A model generated the notes under the pieces. The model saw nothing but the letters and a program-made list of their open reading frames with translations. It ran no database searches and was not told where the DNA came from. Both the position numbers and the translations under genes were made by a program. DNA of 64,000 nt from Eledone cirrhosa (lineage: Eukaryota): NCBI GenBank assembly GCA_964016885.1, contig OZ024742.1:304978001-305042000 (forward strand), written 5' to 3'. The first letter of the stretch is position 1. Each line of letters begins with the position of its first letter. This document shows positions 40,631 to 54,878 of the stretch, piece by piece.

Positions 40631-43600
40631 TACACACACATACATACACGCTACATACACACATACATAAGCATTTACGTTCATGGGTTTATATGTAGAA
40701 GTATATTGATATATATATATATATATATATATACATACATACACGGGTTGATAAATAGATTGATAAATGTCCCAATATGGTAGTGTGCCAAGCATTGCTC
40801 TGTCGCTAAATGTAGATGTGTAGTATTGTGCCTATGCAGTTCTCTGAATAAATTTATATCATTATCTTCATCAAGATATATATATATATATATGTGTGTG
40901 TGGGTGTGTGTGTGTGTGTTTGTGCGTGTGAGTGTGTATGTGTGTGTGTATTTGCATGTCTGTATACATGTGTATATATGTATATATATATATATATATT
41001 TGTGTGTACATGAGCTTTACTGTAAGTATGTGAGTGTGTTTTAGCGTATATTTCTATATACTCAAGCTTACATGCGCATGCCTAGAGCAAATATTTGAAA
41101 GAAGCAAACGAAGAGTCGTTTGAAAATCTTTGGCAAAGGTTCGGCATCATAGCGAGAGAAACAAGATACCGCATGCTATGTATGGTAGTCCTGTTCAAAG
41201 ATTCCTACGACTTTGCTTTTATTTGCCTCCAATCAAAGGTTCTAACTCAGACACACCAATCCCGGGGGATTCCGGTATTTTCTCTGATTGGAACGTATAT
41301 TGAAAGACGGACAGGCAACTGTGAAAACAAAGAGACTACAAATTCAAAATCCCTCTATGTAGTTCCTCACTCTAGCTCTGGCTTGTGTATCTCTACCACT
41401 TCCTTTCAACCTCTCTCTGCTCACCTTTTCTCTTTCTGTCTCTCCTCTTTCTCTTTCTCAGTCTCTTCATCTTTGTCACAGTCTTTATATTTTTAATGAA
41501 CATTTTCTCTTGTTTGAAGTTCACTAAATACCTTTATTTCAACATCGCTGCCTATCAATTGATCTTTCTATCTATCATTTACTGTGTATCGTCATACACT
41601 TACTATTCCTCACATATCCGTATCTCTCACACACATATTGATGTATGATACGATTGTGTGTGTCTATATAGTTATTTGTCTATTTACTTCTCTTTACAAA
41701 TCTTTTCTTGTCTATCAATTTTCTGTATACATTTCGAATGTCTTGTTTCTTCTCAGTAGCCTATTGAGCTAAAGTAATAAGTAAACAGAGAAATTATAAT
41801 AGATTTACTAAGGAAATAATATTTAATTAAATGAAATTTCATTTTTAACCATAAGAAAATGTTCAGCTAAAAGACTAATTTTGATAAAAAAGAAAAAAAA
41901 ATCAAGAAGGCAACCTCAACATTTTATTAGAATTTGTTAAATATGAAATGAAGTAGGAGGCGCTATGATATTTGCATGGTGACAGCTCCGGACATGTTTC
42001 GTATATGTAACCCCTTTTTAGTAAAGCAGAATCTAGCTATTACCTCTGATCTCATATAAATATAAATGAATATAGTTCCCACACTTTTGACAAATATCAG
42101 ACACAATTGCCCTGTATATTCTTTTTTTCGTTTTACTAATGTTATTTAATTTCTATTCTGGGAATTCCCTTTCCCTATTTCTTGTTTCTATGAATGGTTC
42201 GACATAATAAGGATGTAATTATAATTAATCAAAATTTCTTGGCTCACTATATAGAGTAATTTAAATTAATTATACTCGTAGTTTTTCACGCAGAGGATGT
42301 CCCTAAGTATTCCCTCTCCCAGTGGTTTTATTTTTGATATTGTTTATCCCACGTACACACTTTGTCTCTCTATCTATGTGTCTATCAATACGTTGTTCTA
42401 TATTTGTACCACCAAACAGCGACACAAAAACGCGCACAGAGACACACAAGGCATTCTCATTGTTAGTGATGTTGTTGTTGGTGTTGTTGATGTTGCTGCT
42501 TTTATCACAATTCGGGAACAGGAATTTAATGATAATAAAAGGTAAAAAAATTAATAGTAAAAAGAAAGCGCTATTGGAAAGGAAACGAAAGAAGATAAAA
42601 GAATATAAAACACAGGAAGAAGCCAATTGTAAGGTTTCAATCCTAACAGCAAGCCATTAGGTTTTATTTTGTATTGACACTATTGTCTTTATTTTGTGAT
42701 CAAGATCCTAAACTGGGCATCGTTCCTCTAACTCATAACATAACGGAACTAGAATCCTTATAGTACTGTTCCTTTTCTCATTCTATCACACACATACACA
42801 CACATAAGTACGAGCACGTACGCACACACACACACACACTGGCACTGACACACACAGCCGTAGACACTGTCAGACATGAAAAGACACACATGTAGACATG
42901 CACCACACGCACCCACGTGTAGACACGCACACACATACACGTAGACATGGTTAGGTACTCACATGCTTAGACGTGTTCACGCATAGAGAAGCATATACAG
43001 TATATATTCCCGCATAGACACACATATATCGATACACACACACGCACGCACACACACAGACGGACATACAAGTGTCCATAAAGTGAAGTATAAACATGCA
43101 TCCGAACAAAATTATAGCTTCGAACAAACATAAACATAAAAAATATTTCAAATAATCACATCACACACACGAACACAAGCGTTGGCTCACATACACACAG
43201 TTAGATGCATATTTTCCTCAGATTTATATATACACATATACATAGCAGCAGCATCATACACACACATACTACTGCGCACAGAAAATATCCTAATGCACAT
43301 ATAAAGGAGCTCATCACACAAACAAAACACATGGAACTAATTTAAATACATGGAGCTGTTCACAAACATACATAAACATTCAGACCCCGAAGCACAATAA
43401 ACTAACGCAGACACACACACATACACACGCACGCACACACACACACACCCACACACATACACACGCATACGCACACATACATACACCAACACACCCACAC
43501 ACAAATATTAACTACTTCGCGCGAACATAACTTTATTGACCCAACCACATACATAAACATATAAACATAAAAAAATGGATCTCCATCTGTTTTAGCGATG

Positions 43601-43894
43601 ATTATTTGTTATTCGATTATCTGAACAACCAACTGTTATAATGAAAGTGACTGAGTATTCCACTAACACATTTCAAGGAAGAATCAGCGTGACAGGTTGT
43701 ATTATAAAAGCTGGACGTTTCAACCATGTTTTCCAATGTTTATCCCAAGACTTAGGTCAACCCGGAGCAATCATAAAGAAAACAAGTGACTCAGATACCA
43801 TGCATTACAATCTACCCTACGGCCTCATGAATGCAAGCAGACTTCCCAACCACCCAGTCATGCAAGCGTGCTACAAGAACATAATAAATCGTGC

Positions 43895-44086
43895 AATAAT
43901 GGTTTCTTATATAGGCACAAGGCCAGCAATTTTGGGGGAAGGGAAAGTCGATTTAATCGAACACAGTGCCCACTGGTACTTTATTTTATTGACCCCGTAA
44001 GGATGAAAGGCAAAGTTAACCTCGGCGGGATTTGAACTCAGATCATAAAGGGCCGTAACTCTATGCTGCAAAGCATGGCGTCCGAC
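43895..44086 (-). mobile_element. SINE
   Basis: Reverse complement of the family sequence, with the extreme 5' end missing. Confidence 0.88.
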
Positions 44087-45272
44087 TTTATAGTTTAGCC
44101 ATTTGCGGTTGCACCACCACATCGTTGTACCCGAATCTAAACAGCTTCTCTTATGCCCATACCAAGAATTGAAATACAAAGGCAACGATCATATTCTCTA
44201 CCATCTCCTTTTCTATACAGCCCATTTCGACCAATATTAGGTGCATATGTGTGTATGAATACGCAGCGATTCGTATACATTTGAAGCAAAGAAAAAAATC
44301 TTAAGATTTAAAAATGAAAAACCTTTTATATATTTACTTCCCTTAATTATCTAAATTGGGATGAGTTAGTGCTAATTGCTAAATTGTATTCGTCTGACGT
44401 TATCCTTTCTAGACATCTGTTTAGACGGCACTTCAAAATAGAAGATTGTCATTGAGAATTTGAAATCAGATGTAGTAACTAACGAAATGCTATCAACTTT
44501 GATAAGTCCTGTATTCTCCAAATCATTTATTAGTAAGTGCTGAGAACATTTGAATGATACAACTAATTCCTATGAACATAATTGGTTAAACACAAAAACG
44601 CATTCTAAATACTTGTCATTTTAGGTCAGTTTCCCTGTGTGGGTCGGTAGAGTCTAGCTCAATACTCAATAAATTATCAGGTAGAAGGACCAGCTCTCAC
44701 TGTTGAGTTACAGTTTGGGAACGATTCTATGACTGGACCCCTTATTAAACATAGTATTGTGATCAGTAAATTTTCCGTTTGTTGAATCTGAAACGAAGCT
44801 CGATACAATTTCTCTGCATTTAATAATATTAAATAATCGTGATATATTCCTGTGGTAGTCTGGAGTAAGAAGAGCCCGACAACAAGAAGAATTTTCACAG
44901 TACATTAAGTGTTACGTGAGGTTTGTAATTTCGTAATATTTCAAGCGGAATGCTGGCATGAGTATGGTATCAGCATCATGTCTTAGAGGTGTTGTCTTGA
45001 TAAGAAACCTTTGTTGTTACATATCACATTTGGTTTTTATTCTACTTGTCTGCTTACGATCGATTTTTTTTCTTTTGACAAAATGATAATTGTTTTAAAT
45101 TACTTCCATCGTGAATTAAAGTTGAATACATTGTCCAACGGGCTGGATCTTATGCTACAAAGAATTAGTAAACATCAGATCACAAGTACACATAGAGATT
45201 CTACGATGATTCTTGAGTGGGACATGAGTAGTTTTATAGGAATTGCTTCGATGACTTATTCTCTCTCTCTCC

Positions 45273-45371
<99 letters not shown>

Positions 45372-45621
45372 CCTCACTTTTGATAGATGTTGGCAAATAT
45401 GTGTGTATGTTTGTATTGAGTACGTGTAGGAATGGGAGGTAAATGCACTGGAACTACAAGTTTAAATCTGGTGAAGGTGTTTACATGCCACAATCATATA
45501 TTATAGTATGCTAATCAGAGTGCATCCCGATTTGTGCATTGCTTTATCGAGCGGTTAAGAAGCTGAATCAATTTCGAAAAGGAATATTTACACTCTGTAC
45601 CGCAATTTCGGGGCATATATA

Positions 45622-45699
<78 letters not shown>

Positions 45700-46232
45700 T
45701 GTTATATATACCATTGTTCTTTTTTATATTCAAATGGGTGTTATCTCTGTACAGATATATATAATCTGACAAGAGGCCAGGTGTAGATGTACATCGTGGC
45801 TAAATCACACAATAATTCTATTGAATTTCAGTGCCCTCAAAACATTTAAGAATAGATTTATATATATTTATGAAGAATTAAATCATATGTTCTCTGACAT
45901 ATTACCTACATGGTCTCAAGTATTTTATGTTCAAAATTACGCAACCAGATGACTTCCTCGGAAAACCGATTAATATATAAACTGAATACCGGGTTTGTGG
46001 AATTTTCCTCTAATGCATTTATATTTTTCTGTTGTATTACATAATTTTTGTCATACACTTCATTTGCTATGCTTCAATACTCTAGGTGTATGAAGCAAGC
46101 GTTTAATATTGGGATATCGACTGCAATGATATGATGTATTCGCAGGGGGTTGATTTATGCATTATGCTATTAATACTCCTCTATCCAGAATTATTAATCT
46201 ATGTGATTTGTGAAAATATTTATCGTTAAAAT

Positions 46233-46410
46233 ATTGGCAGTATCGGTAGAGCGACGAACATCATGCTTCGCTGCATAGAGTTGCGTCCCTTAACGCTGTG
46301 AGTTCAAATTACACTGTGGTTAGCTTTGCCTTTCGTAATTACGGGATCGATAAAATAAAGAACCAGTAAGTACTAGAGTCGATTTAATCCACTTTCCCCT
46401 GCCCCCAAAC
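46233..46410 (+). mobile_element. Diverged SINE
   Basis: TTGGCAGTATCGGTAGAGCG...GAGTTCAAAT...GATCGATAAAATAAAGAACCAG. Confidence 0.8.
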
Positions 46411-46482
46411 TAATTCATTTCTTCTATGTCCTGTGCTGTTTGTTTTGTTATTTTTTTACCTTTTACACACACACATTCACAT

Positions 46483-46539
<57 letters not shown>

Positions 46540-46573
46540 GAATAAAGGAACAAAGAATCAGTGTTGCATCATA

Positions 46574-46667
46574 ACATGTTACATATGTGTTTCACTATCG
46601 ATCAGCTAGAGGAACGATCTGATAGTGATCGAACCTGACGCTGGAATCGAAAGATCCTCAGATATGC
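46574..46667 (-). ncRNA. Type I HHR with ~60-nt extended stem II (left arm)
   Basis: Minus strand: GCATAT-CTGAGGA-TCTTTCGAT...ATCGATAGT-GAAAC-ACATAT-GTA-ACATGT. Confidence 0.68.
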
Positions 46668-46849
46668 TTCAATATACAAGCTCGTCTCTGATGCTGCATG
46701 AATACCACCCAATTCCTTCTTATGTTTACCACATTCCCTCAACGTGGTATTCAGCGGTATTCGCTCATACCTCGTTGATGTAATGTGGTAAACATAAGAA
46801 GGAATTGGGTGGTATTCATACACCATCAGAGAGGAGCTTGCATATTGAA

Positions 46850-46940
46850 GCATATCTGAGGATCTTTCGATTCCAGAGTCAGGTTCGATCACTATTAGAT
46901 CGTCCTCGAGCTGATCGACAGTGAAACACATGTAATATGT
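46850..46940 (+). ncRNA. Type I HHR with 60-nt extended stem II (right arm)
   Basis: GCATAT-CTGAGGA-TCTTTCGAT...ATCGACAGT-GAAAC-ACAT-GTA-ATATGT, with an intact core and 6-bp stem I. Confidence 0.75.
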
Positions 46941-47166
46941 TATTAAATATGTTATGATGCAACACTGATTCTTTGTTCCTTTATTCTAATACTATCATAC
47001 TCGGCTCTGCGAGAGCATCGAGTGCTCACCCGGCATACCGCCTACGATTCACTTATCTTGCACCTCTACCCCTATATATATATATATATATATATATATT
47101 TAAATGAGGAAAATGAAAAGTTCCAACAATTATTATATATATATATATATATATCAACACACGACA

Positions 47167-47294
<128 letters not shown>

Positions 47295-47680
47295 GTTATA
47301 TATAATTTCAATATGGTTTCATGTTATATCAATATTGCTGTTAAAGGATGCGTGAAGAAATGAGATATCAATAAAAAGGGGCCGTGTAGAACGAAAGATT
47401 TTATGTTAATCCCTATATAAAATTGGCCAAACACTATGGGTCACTTCGTATGGAGATTGAGAGAATACTAAATTTCAGTTGATTGATGAATATTGAGATT
47501 CTCTTAAATATATTTCATCTTCTTTTTTATTTATATTTTTATATCATTTTCCATAAAAACTTTCACCCATCTCGCAATCTCTCTTTTTTTCTCTCTCTCT
47601 CCAATAAATCTTACTCTGATATTTATTGCTAATACTACTAACTCCACTACTTTTGATGCTGATGCTGCTCTTACTAATTA

Positions 47681-48147
47681 TTATTGATAGTATCGGTAGA
47701 GCGTCGGACACCATGCTTTGCAGCATAGAGTTATGGCCCTTTACATACTGAGTTCAAATCCCGCCAAGGTCTACTTTGCCTTTCATCATTTCGACATCGA
47801 TAAAATAAAGTACCAGTCACGTACTGAGTCAATTTATTCGACTTTCCCCTCCCTCAAAATTATTGGCCTTGTGCCAAAAGTAGAAACAATTATTGTGGAG
47901 GCAATGGATTGCCAGTATCGGTAGAGCGTCGGACAACATGCTTCGTGGGATAGAGTTACGCACCTTTACTACGTTCTGAGTTCAAATCCCGCCGAGGTTA
48001 ACTTTGCCTTTCGTCCTTACGGGGTCTATAAAATAAAGCACCAGTAACGCACTGAGGTTGATTTAATCGACCTTACCGTCCCCCTGCAAAAAAAAAAAAA
48101 AAAAAAAAAAAAAATTGCTGGCCTTGTGCCTATATAAGAAGCCATTA
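47681..48147 (+). mobile_element. Head-to-tail SINE dimer (47681-47895, 47897-48147)
   Basis: Two family copies; the second has an internal poly(A) expansion at ~48088-48114. Confidence 0.88.
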
Positions 48148-49046
48148 GTGTGAATATTGAGTGGATAGGACATTACCATAGACTGCCACCAACTCCACCA
48201 GGTGCCTCCAACACTGCTACAGTTTCTAGCGCCAATGTCATCCCTATCACCACCATTACAAACTCAGGTTGCAGCATCATTTCCCTCAACAGTAATGCCG
48301 CTACTATCATTACTAACACTACAATACTACTGCTATCTGTAGCACCTAGCAACATCGATAGAACACATTCTTTCCAACATTAGTTACCATTAGTGTCCTT
48401 ACTGTACTGACATCACTAACATAACCTGATACCCCCTCATACTATCACCTCATAGTATTAGCAGTCGTTCCACACACACTGTCACCATCATCCCTGTTAT
48501 TCCATCACCAATATCTACCAACATAAAATCGTTTTGAACTAAAGTCAAAAGCATCACCATCATCAGCACCAACTATAAAATCACCATCTTCACCACCTGC
48601 TCCATAAATATCATCTACCACAATCACCATTACTGCAAACATTACAACCAACACCCCCACCACCATCACCATCATCATTAACATCAACAAACGTAACAAC
48701 AGCACCACTACCACCATTTACCATTAAAGTGTCAGCCATGAAACTTCCGTTAGAAGCAGCTATACTGTAGCCATCATCTAATCTAAAAGTTCAATATTGC
48801 TAGAGGCCCAGATCAAAGAGTAGTCATCGATCACAAAGTAACGACACTTTGGTCCAGCATCGATCGGCGGAACCACTATTGCAGGGAACCGTTCTTGGAG
48901 CCAAACCAAAACGTTTTTAGATACTTTCGCTAATTTATCCTTTGCCGGTCGTGCTCTTGACGTCAATTAGGTATTGTAGCTGGGACATTAGTTTTAATGC
49001 GTATACATATGTAGACACATTTGTAAGTCTACATACACACACACGT

Positions 49047-49148
<102 letters not shown>

Positions 49149-49163
49149 ACACACACACGCACG

Positions 49164-49219
<56 letters not shown>

Positions 49220-49392
49220 AATAAATGTATATTCGTGTCAATAAACATATATGTGTGTGTGTATATATACGTAATTGTGTGTGCATGGTTGTGTGTGTAA
49301 AATGTATGCTTATAAAGGTATTGAATTGCCGCAAAAAACATACTTCTGTGAGTCGCTGTGCATATGTCCATATGTATATCTGTATATTTATA

Positions 49393-49506
<114 letters not shown>

Positions 49507-49657
49507 GAGAGAGAGAGAGAAAGAGAGAGAGAGGAAGAGAGAGAGAGATAGAGAGACAGTATTCAGATATCTACATATGCATGCTTATAGTTGTTTCTAT
49601 ATTTACGTACATACACACATATGCGTGTCTATATATATATATATATATATATAGACA

Positions 49658-49700
<43 letters not shown>

Positions 49701-50601
49701 GCATATATATATATATATATATATATGGATGGGTGTTTGCAGACATTGCACCATAGACCAAGGTATACCATATAAAAACTGGGATACACTTCATCAGTGG
49801 TCGCGTATGAGGGTCAAAATGCTTTCGGTTTATTTAAATAGAACCGCACACCTTGCGTTGACAATTGCCATCTAAATAGCCACCGGGTAGAGGCAGGAAA
49901 CGCAAGCAAGATCTGTTAGAAGAACAAGGAAAATATATATATAGAAGAGAGGTATTTCAACTGAAATAAACGATAGCACGGAATATTTTCTATGTATGTA
50001 TATACGCATGTATGATTGTACATGTATACATGTATTGTTTGAGTGCATGTGTATGTAGTCGAGGGCATCTATTGTTTTCATCAATGTGTGTGATAATGCG
50101 CTCTGGGTTTTAAATACACTACGCCTGGACACATTTTATATTTTTCTACCACTTGCAGCCTACTCACTCATGCAAACTTTATAATGCATTCCCTCAATAT
50201 CACTCTATTTCTAAACTGTCTACTGTATCTGTTTCTCTCTCTTTCTTCTCGTGAAAGACTTGCATTTCATTTGCAGAAATTGCCAGAATAATGATGCTCT
50301 GTCGAAAACTGAAGTGCTCCAACAGGACACTAGTTACACACATAAAAACCCTTATTACAGTCCTCTGCTTTGCTGCAACTTCAATTCTGAGATCTCCCAA
50401 TAAACCTATTGACAGTTTGGAGAGTTAGGTTACAATGACACCGAGAGGATATCAGATTTCATGTTCGTAACCTTGGAATCATTTTGTTTCTCCCACTACT
50501 AATACTCCTACTACTACCACCACCTAATTTTTCACTTTCTTTTCAGCCAATTTCAACTTTGTTTTAGTATTTCCATCTCTTTCCTCGCCTACATACACAC
50601 G

Positions 50602-51310
<709 letters not shown>

Positions 51311-52909
51311 CACACACACAATCTCTCTATATGTATATACACATGGAGAGAGAAAGATTGAGAGAGAGAGTAAGTTTTAATGTATGGTTATCTCTTCCCT
51401 AATGATTCCGTTATAACAGATATGCCCAAGATACTTGCAACTCATCCGAATGCGTAGTATTTAGTATCAGGCCTTACCAAATTTTATTCGCGCGTTTGTA
51501 TAATATTTGCTTACGAAATCCTATTGGTCTTTTGATGTTATTAATACTTGATCCTCCGTTCAGTTTGTTTAAAATAAAAAGTTCATAGTTGTTTGTAGAT
51601 TTAGGCTCTATAAATACTATGTTCTATGAATAGTTAATGATTTTATTTCATAACTAATCTACTCCGAGATGTAAAGAGCGGCAATAGTTCTTCATAAGGT
51701 ATTGAATTGTAGCTTCTAGACCCTGTAATGCTTTGATAATTCACCTATGTGTTTAGTCAAGTCTCACTACATCCAACCTAACGCAGTTCTATAGTTTCTT
51801 ATTACCTTCTTTTCTACATGAGTATTAATTTTATACACACAATTTCTTTATTACCTCAACTTACTCTTGTGTTGTATTGCTGGCGATACAATTATCCTGT
51901 ACAAATAGATTAAAGGAACATGATGTTCTGGCAAGCGATTGGGCGGTAAATTTTAACTTGGCTACTTTCTAGAAAGAAAAGCAAATGACAGTCTATAGTC
52001 ATCTAAGAACTTGTAACGTACCCCTGGGGCTCTTTCCATTCTGTGAAATCAAATCTTGACAATACAATCTGATTATTCTTGAACCAATGTTCTCTCACAG
52101 AGACGCCGCATGATATAGTTATTTGGGTGTTCGGCTAACATTCTTAATGTTGTGAGTTCAATTTACAATGGACCGATTTTTCCTTGGACAATATATTTTA
52201 TTTCACGTTACTCCAGTCCAATCAGTTGTCAACAGTGTGTTGTATGTGTAATCCAATTCATCAACATTGTCATTCACTATCTCCTTCAATTTACCTGAGA
52301 ATTACGTTCAGGGTACATATCTCTATGGGAACCTCAGTCACCTGCAAGTTCATTTTACGATTATGTTGATCCTTGTGCTAACAACTTCAATACTTTGGTC
52401 CAACACATTATGTAGCAATATCTGCACCAAGGGATGTCTCTAACTATAGATCTCTTACTAATATTATGCCATTGATTCCATATTAATAGGCAATTAACAC
52501 AATTCTAGCCTTATATCACTGGTACCCATAGTTATCGTTTTTTTTTAATATTAAATAAGCTTTCGATAATCAAAAGTACTGCAGGAATGGCCATAGTGAC
52601 GTTTCAGACACAGTTACGTCAGACTATATTACGGTAGAACTTATCCAAATGTTCTCATAAAAGATGCTTCAGTGTAATATCATATAGTTTTGAAATTATT
52701 TTTAAGTTGTCGAACGACCATGTAGAGTTCTTCAGGGGGTCAGTGATTTTGTTTTCTTTACTTTGGTTGTATGAAAAACAATGTTCTCAAATGATTTAAA
52801 GAAAAAAAAAAAAAGGAAAAAACGCAGATAACTGGACACCACGTAATGTATTGTTAAACATCTCCACTAAAACCACCGGCGCCAATTCCGATTACACTAG
52901 AGGTTTGTT

Positions 52910-52971
<62 letters not shown>

Positions 52972-54664
52972 TAATAGAATTTTGACACAAAAATAGTAGT
53001 GGTTGCATTCAATCGCTGTCCCATAATGGACAAAACGACTTAAGTGACTTTCTTAGACGAAGACGCGCTTTGCTGTGATGATGTTAAATGAGACCCAAAG
53101 AGACATCCTTTCCCACCAAAAAGGGAATTACACTGTGACAGCAGATTAGTTAGGAAAGCAGTCGCTAGAGACTTTGCGAATCAATCGCACTATTACTTCT
53201 ACTGTCGCTGTCAGCAAAGTTCTCATTAGAGAAGGATTTCTGATGAATCTCTCGTAAAACAGTACGCCTGCTTGTGTGCGTAAAAGACAACGGGGAAGAG
53301 AGTTATTTCATAACATGGAAATCCCAGCGTCATGGGCTTTATTTATGGATGACACATGTAGACGAAATAATGACTCACTAGTAGAACACACAATAATGGA
53401 TCTAACAATTTGTTTCTGAATTTGGTTGAGTGAGCCTCATATCATTAAAATGTTTATAGACTACTGAATTTGAAGCAGATGTTTCCCCAATAGATGCTGT
53501 AGACCAGAGGTTCCCAAGCATATCTCGTGCGTGAATGTGTACGTACATGCATAAGGTCTTCTTATTTTAGTTTCTTCCTTATAATGGAATACAATCTAAA
53601 CCGACACAGATTATTTCTCAACCTGTTCAAATGCTCAATTGCAATAGGTTAGAATATCACACTGCAATCAAAATCCACTTTACATGCCTTCTATGAGCTT
53701 CTATCGCTATAGAGCTGGACGTTCAGTATTATAGTGTAAATGGGGGGGGGGGGGTCTTTTTTTTACTTTTTGCAATTGTTGAATACAATATTTAGTTCTC
53801 CTTTCAGTATTTTTTAGCATATCTAACCCCACCAAAATAGCATGGACTTCACTTTGTAATATCTTAATTTTGGGGATCTTAAACGCTAGATATCTTAAAA
53901 TTCTATCCGACATATATTTTTCCTTTCACATCTCTAGCGTAGATTAATAAAAGCGCAATATTATACTTTATTGAGAATAACATAATTTCCTTATCTTAAA
54001 AACAATCGAAGTTTCATAATATTTAGCCGAGGAGGGAAGAACAATGGCCATGGCACGATTTATTGTTTCCGATTCTCGGGCAAAGGATGAAGTGGTATCC
54101 TGAAACCAATGAGCTATCCTGAATGCTTGTAACAGAGATCACTCCGCTATGGCATGAGGCCGTGTTATACTGCGTGACGTATTAAATCTAAGACGCAAGC
54201 AGGCCACTGTAGGATTTGAACTCAGAATGAAAAAAAAAGGACACAATAACAACGTTTTCTTCACGCTCTAATTATCACTTCATTCCTGTGTTTAATCTAA
54301 CGGAATCAATATAATACTTTGAACCAGTCGAATATAAGGGATTTATACAACCATAACAAACAATATTCCTCAGGGGTTGCGTACGTTTGTATCAAATAAG
54401 TAATTAAAAGAGTGGTAGGCATTACAGAGTAATCAAACATTTCCACTCCCGATCTCATGTAGGCAACACTAACAAAAATAAGTGTTAGTAACAAGCTCTC
54501 TTCCAGGATTTAAACTATATTCTATTTGTTAGTTCGGAACAGACTTTCAGCAGCTTACTGACAAGGTATATTTTGTTATGGTTTAATCACGTGTGTATTG
54601 AAATTGGATTGTACTTTTAACTATAGAGAAAGTAGCCAGGGAGAGAAAGAGGGTGATATTATAT

Positions 54665-54878
54665 TTGACAGTACCGGTAAAGCGTTGGACAACATGTTTT
54701 GTAGCCTTGAGTTAAGTCCCTTTACGTTCTCTGTTCAAATCACGCTGAGGTTAGCTTTGCCTTTCATCCTTATGTGGTCGATAAAATAAAGTAGCAGTCA
54801 CGCACTGGAGTCGATTTAATCGACTTTCCTCTCCCCCAAAATTGCTAGGCCTTGTTACCTATAGTAGAAATCATTATA
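54665..54878 (+). mobile_element. Diverged SINE
   Basis: GTTCAAATCACGCTGAGGTTAGCTTTGCCTTTCATCC...GTCGATAAAATAAAG. Confidence 0.82.

Larger units (their letters stand above)
46534..47072. mobile_element. Fold-back PLE-terminus element in (TA)n (~220-bp inverted arms + 80-nt tail)
   Basis: Arms 46534-46750 and 46767-46991, each with a long-stem-II HHR. Tail 46992-47072 lies on the plus arm only. Confidence 0.88.

Noticed and set aside
53070-53245. GTGATGA...CTGA as a box C/D snoRNA
   Set aside because: No terminal stem or recognisable rRNA guide; such motifs arise by chance.
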